From Saccostrea cucullata (taxonomy: Eukaryota): 64,000 nt of DNA. The DNA lies in the NCBI RefSeq assembly GCF_032062105.1, contig NW_026935570.1, forward strand, positions 1 to 64,000, read 5' to 3'. The notes under the pieces are model-generated. The model was not told the DNA's origin, did not search any database, and saw nothing but the letters and a program-made list of their open reading frames with translations. The position numbers and the translations under genes were made by a program. The first letter of the stretch is position 1. Every line of letters starts with the position of its first letter. Below are positions 62,711 through 64,000 of the stretch, piece after piece.

Positions 62711-63373
62711 TATGGATCTGTGAATAGTGTGCGGACTCTACCAGAAAAATTCTGTGCTTTTGTAAATTTGAAAACAAAGGAGGCTGCAGGGAAAGCCATG
62801 CAAAGTTTACAGGTGAATTTCCCTCATTTCTCTTGTAAGAGTGATCCGTTTACGGGTGAATTTCCCCCATTTTTATTGTAAGGGTGATCAGTTTACGGGT
62901 GAATTTCTCCTTTTTCCCTGAAAAAAGTGCTCAATTTGTAGGTGAAATTCATACAGTTCTATGGTGTTAAAAAATGAGTTTACAGGTGAATATCCACATT
63001 TCTCTGGTGAAGTTGATCAGTTTTCCTGTGCATATATGTAAAAGTTTAGGAAAATTGGTGAAACCTTTTATGTATGGAAGTGGTACTTTCTCATGCAAAC
63101 TCATATTTTATACAAAGTCTAATTGAAAGTGATAAAAGTCCATCATGAACAACTCAGAAAAAATGTCTCACTTTTCAGTGTTAATGTTTAAAGAAGGTCT
63201 CTTCTCTAGAAACTTAATGTTAATTATTAATTTCAATTAATTTAGGGGGCAGAGTGTGGAGGCCAGAAGTTACTGATAAAGTTCCCTGACAACCCCATAG
63301 TAAATAGTGGTACACTTACAATATGGAAAACGCCTCGTACCAGTAGCCCTCAGCAGAGACAGACCTTTGTAGG
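62711..63373 (+). CDS. Two exons (62711-62812, 63246-63373) of an RRM-domain protein; gene may be partial or a pseudogene
   Basis: YGSVNSVRTLPEKFCAFVNLKTKEAAGKAMQSLQ | GAECGGQKLLIKFPDNP; RNP1-like FCAFVN; canonical GT-AG intron. Confidence 0.78.
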
Positions 63374-64000
63374 GTGAGTCATTACAGAGGGGGGATATAT
63401 ACTCAACTAAAAAATAAGGTTATAGAGGCTTAAAGAGGGGGAGGGGCATATAGACTCAACCAAACAATAGCTAGGGTTATACATGTGTATACTGTATTTT
63501 ATTCTAGAGAGGTATATGTTAGCTTTTGATTCAAAACCCAAATCAAATACATGTATATTATTTGATATATTTAATTTTTTCTCAGCTCTTTATGCATGCA
63601 TACACATTCAGAAAACAGTTAAATGTTGGCATCTCAAAAATTGATGCCTTGAATACCATCAATATGTTAAAAGTAATTCTTCCAACTTGCTTCGTGGTAT
63701 TCATTACATTGAGGTTTGATATACAAATGTTTATCTTTGTATCAAATATAAGGCTCATTGTTCTAGTCCTGAGGAATTTAGATGTAGATTTTAAGTGTGT
63801 CCATATCACTTTGTTGTCACAGTACATGGATAGTATATATAATCCTGCTGAAACACTGCCCTCCTACTATTTCCCTGTGTAAAACCAGGACGTGCATGAT
63901 TTCGTAGCCAGATCATTTTGCATCATTTAATTCAATTAGTTGTGGTGGAAGTTTATCGAATTTAAGAGATTAAATATGGTAATATTTATAAAAATGACAT

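Overview
AT-rich eukaryotic DNA, most likely an oyster-type bivalve (inferred from the repeat families and gene types). Most of the window is transposons on a segmentally duplicated backbone. (1) A minus-strand Gypsy LTR element (4181-17037, GTAC TSD) holds a four-level nest: Gypsy > CACTA-like element > MULE > mariner-type MITE. (2) A second Gypsy element (42523-48304) has LTRs that look identical and a chromodomain-like integrase tail. (3) There are three paralogous B-box/coiled-coil/NHL-like genes: one intact, one frameshifted, one truncated. (4) Scattered exons of an RRM + CCCH zinc-finger gene lie on the + strand. (5) There are many Helentron/HINE-like elements, MITEs, a Nin-domain SINE, a foldback element and a Tx1/L1 remnant. 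The most notable observation is an extra ORF in the env position of Gypsy 1. It begins MARTKNTVRK (histone H3 tail-like, K4 and K9 equivalents kept) and continues with two C2H2 fingers, LC8-type motifs and a basic NLS-like patch, behind a strong splice acceptor. It is a candidate retrotransposon-encoded histone-mimic accessory protein. All comparisons were made by eye; no database searches were run.
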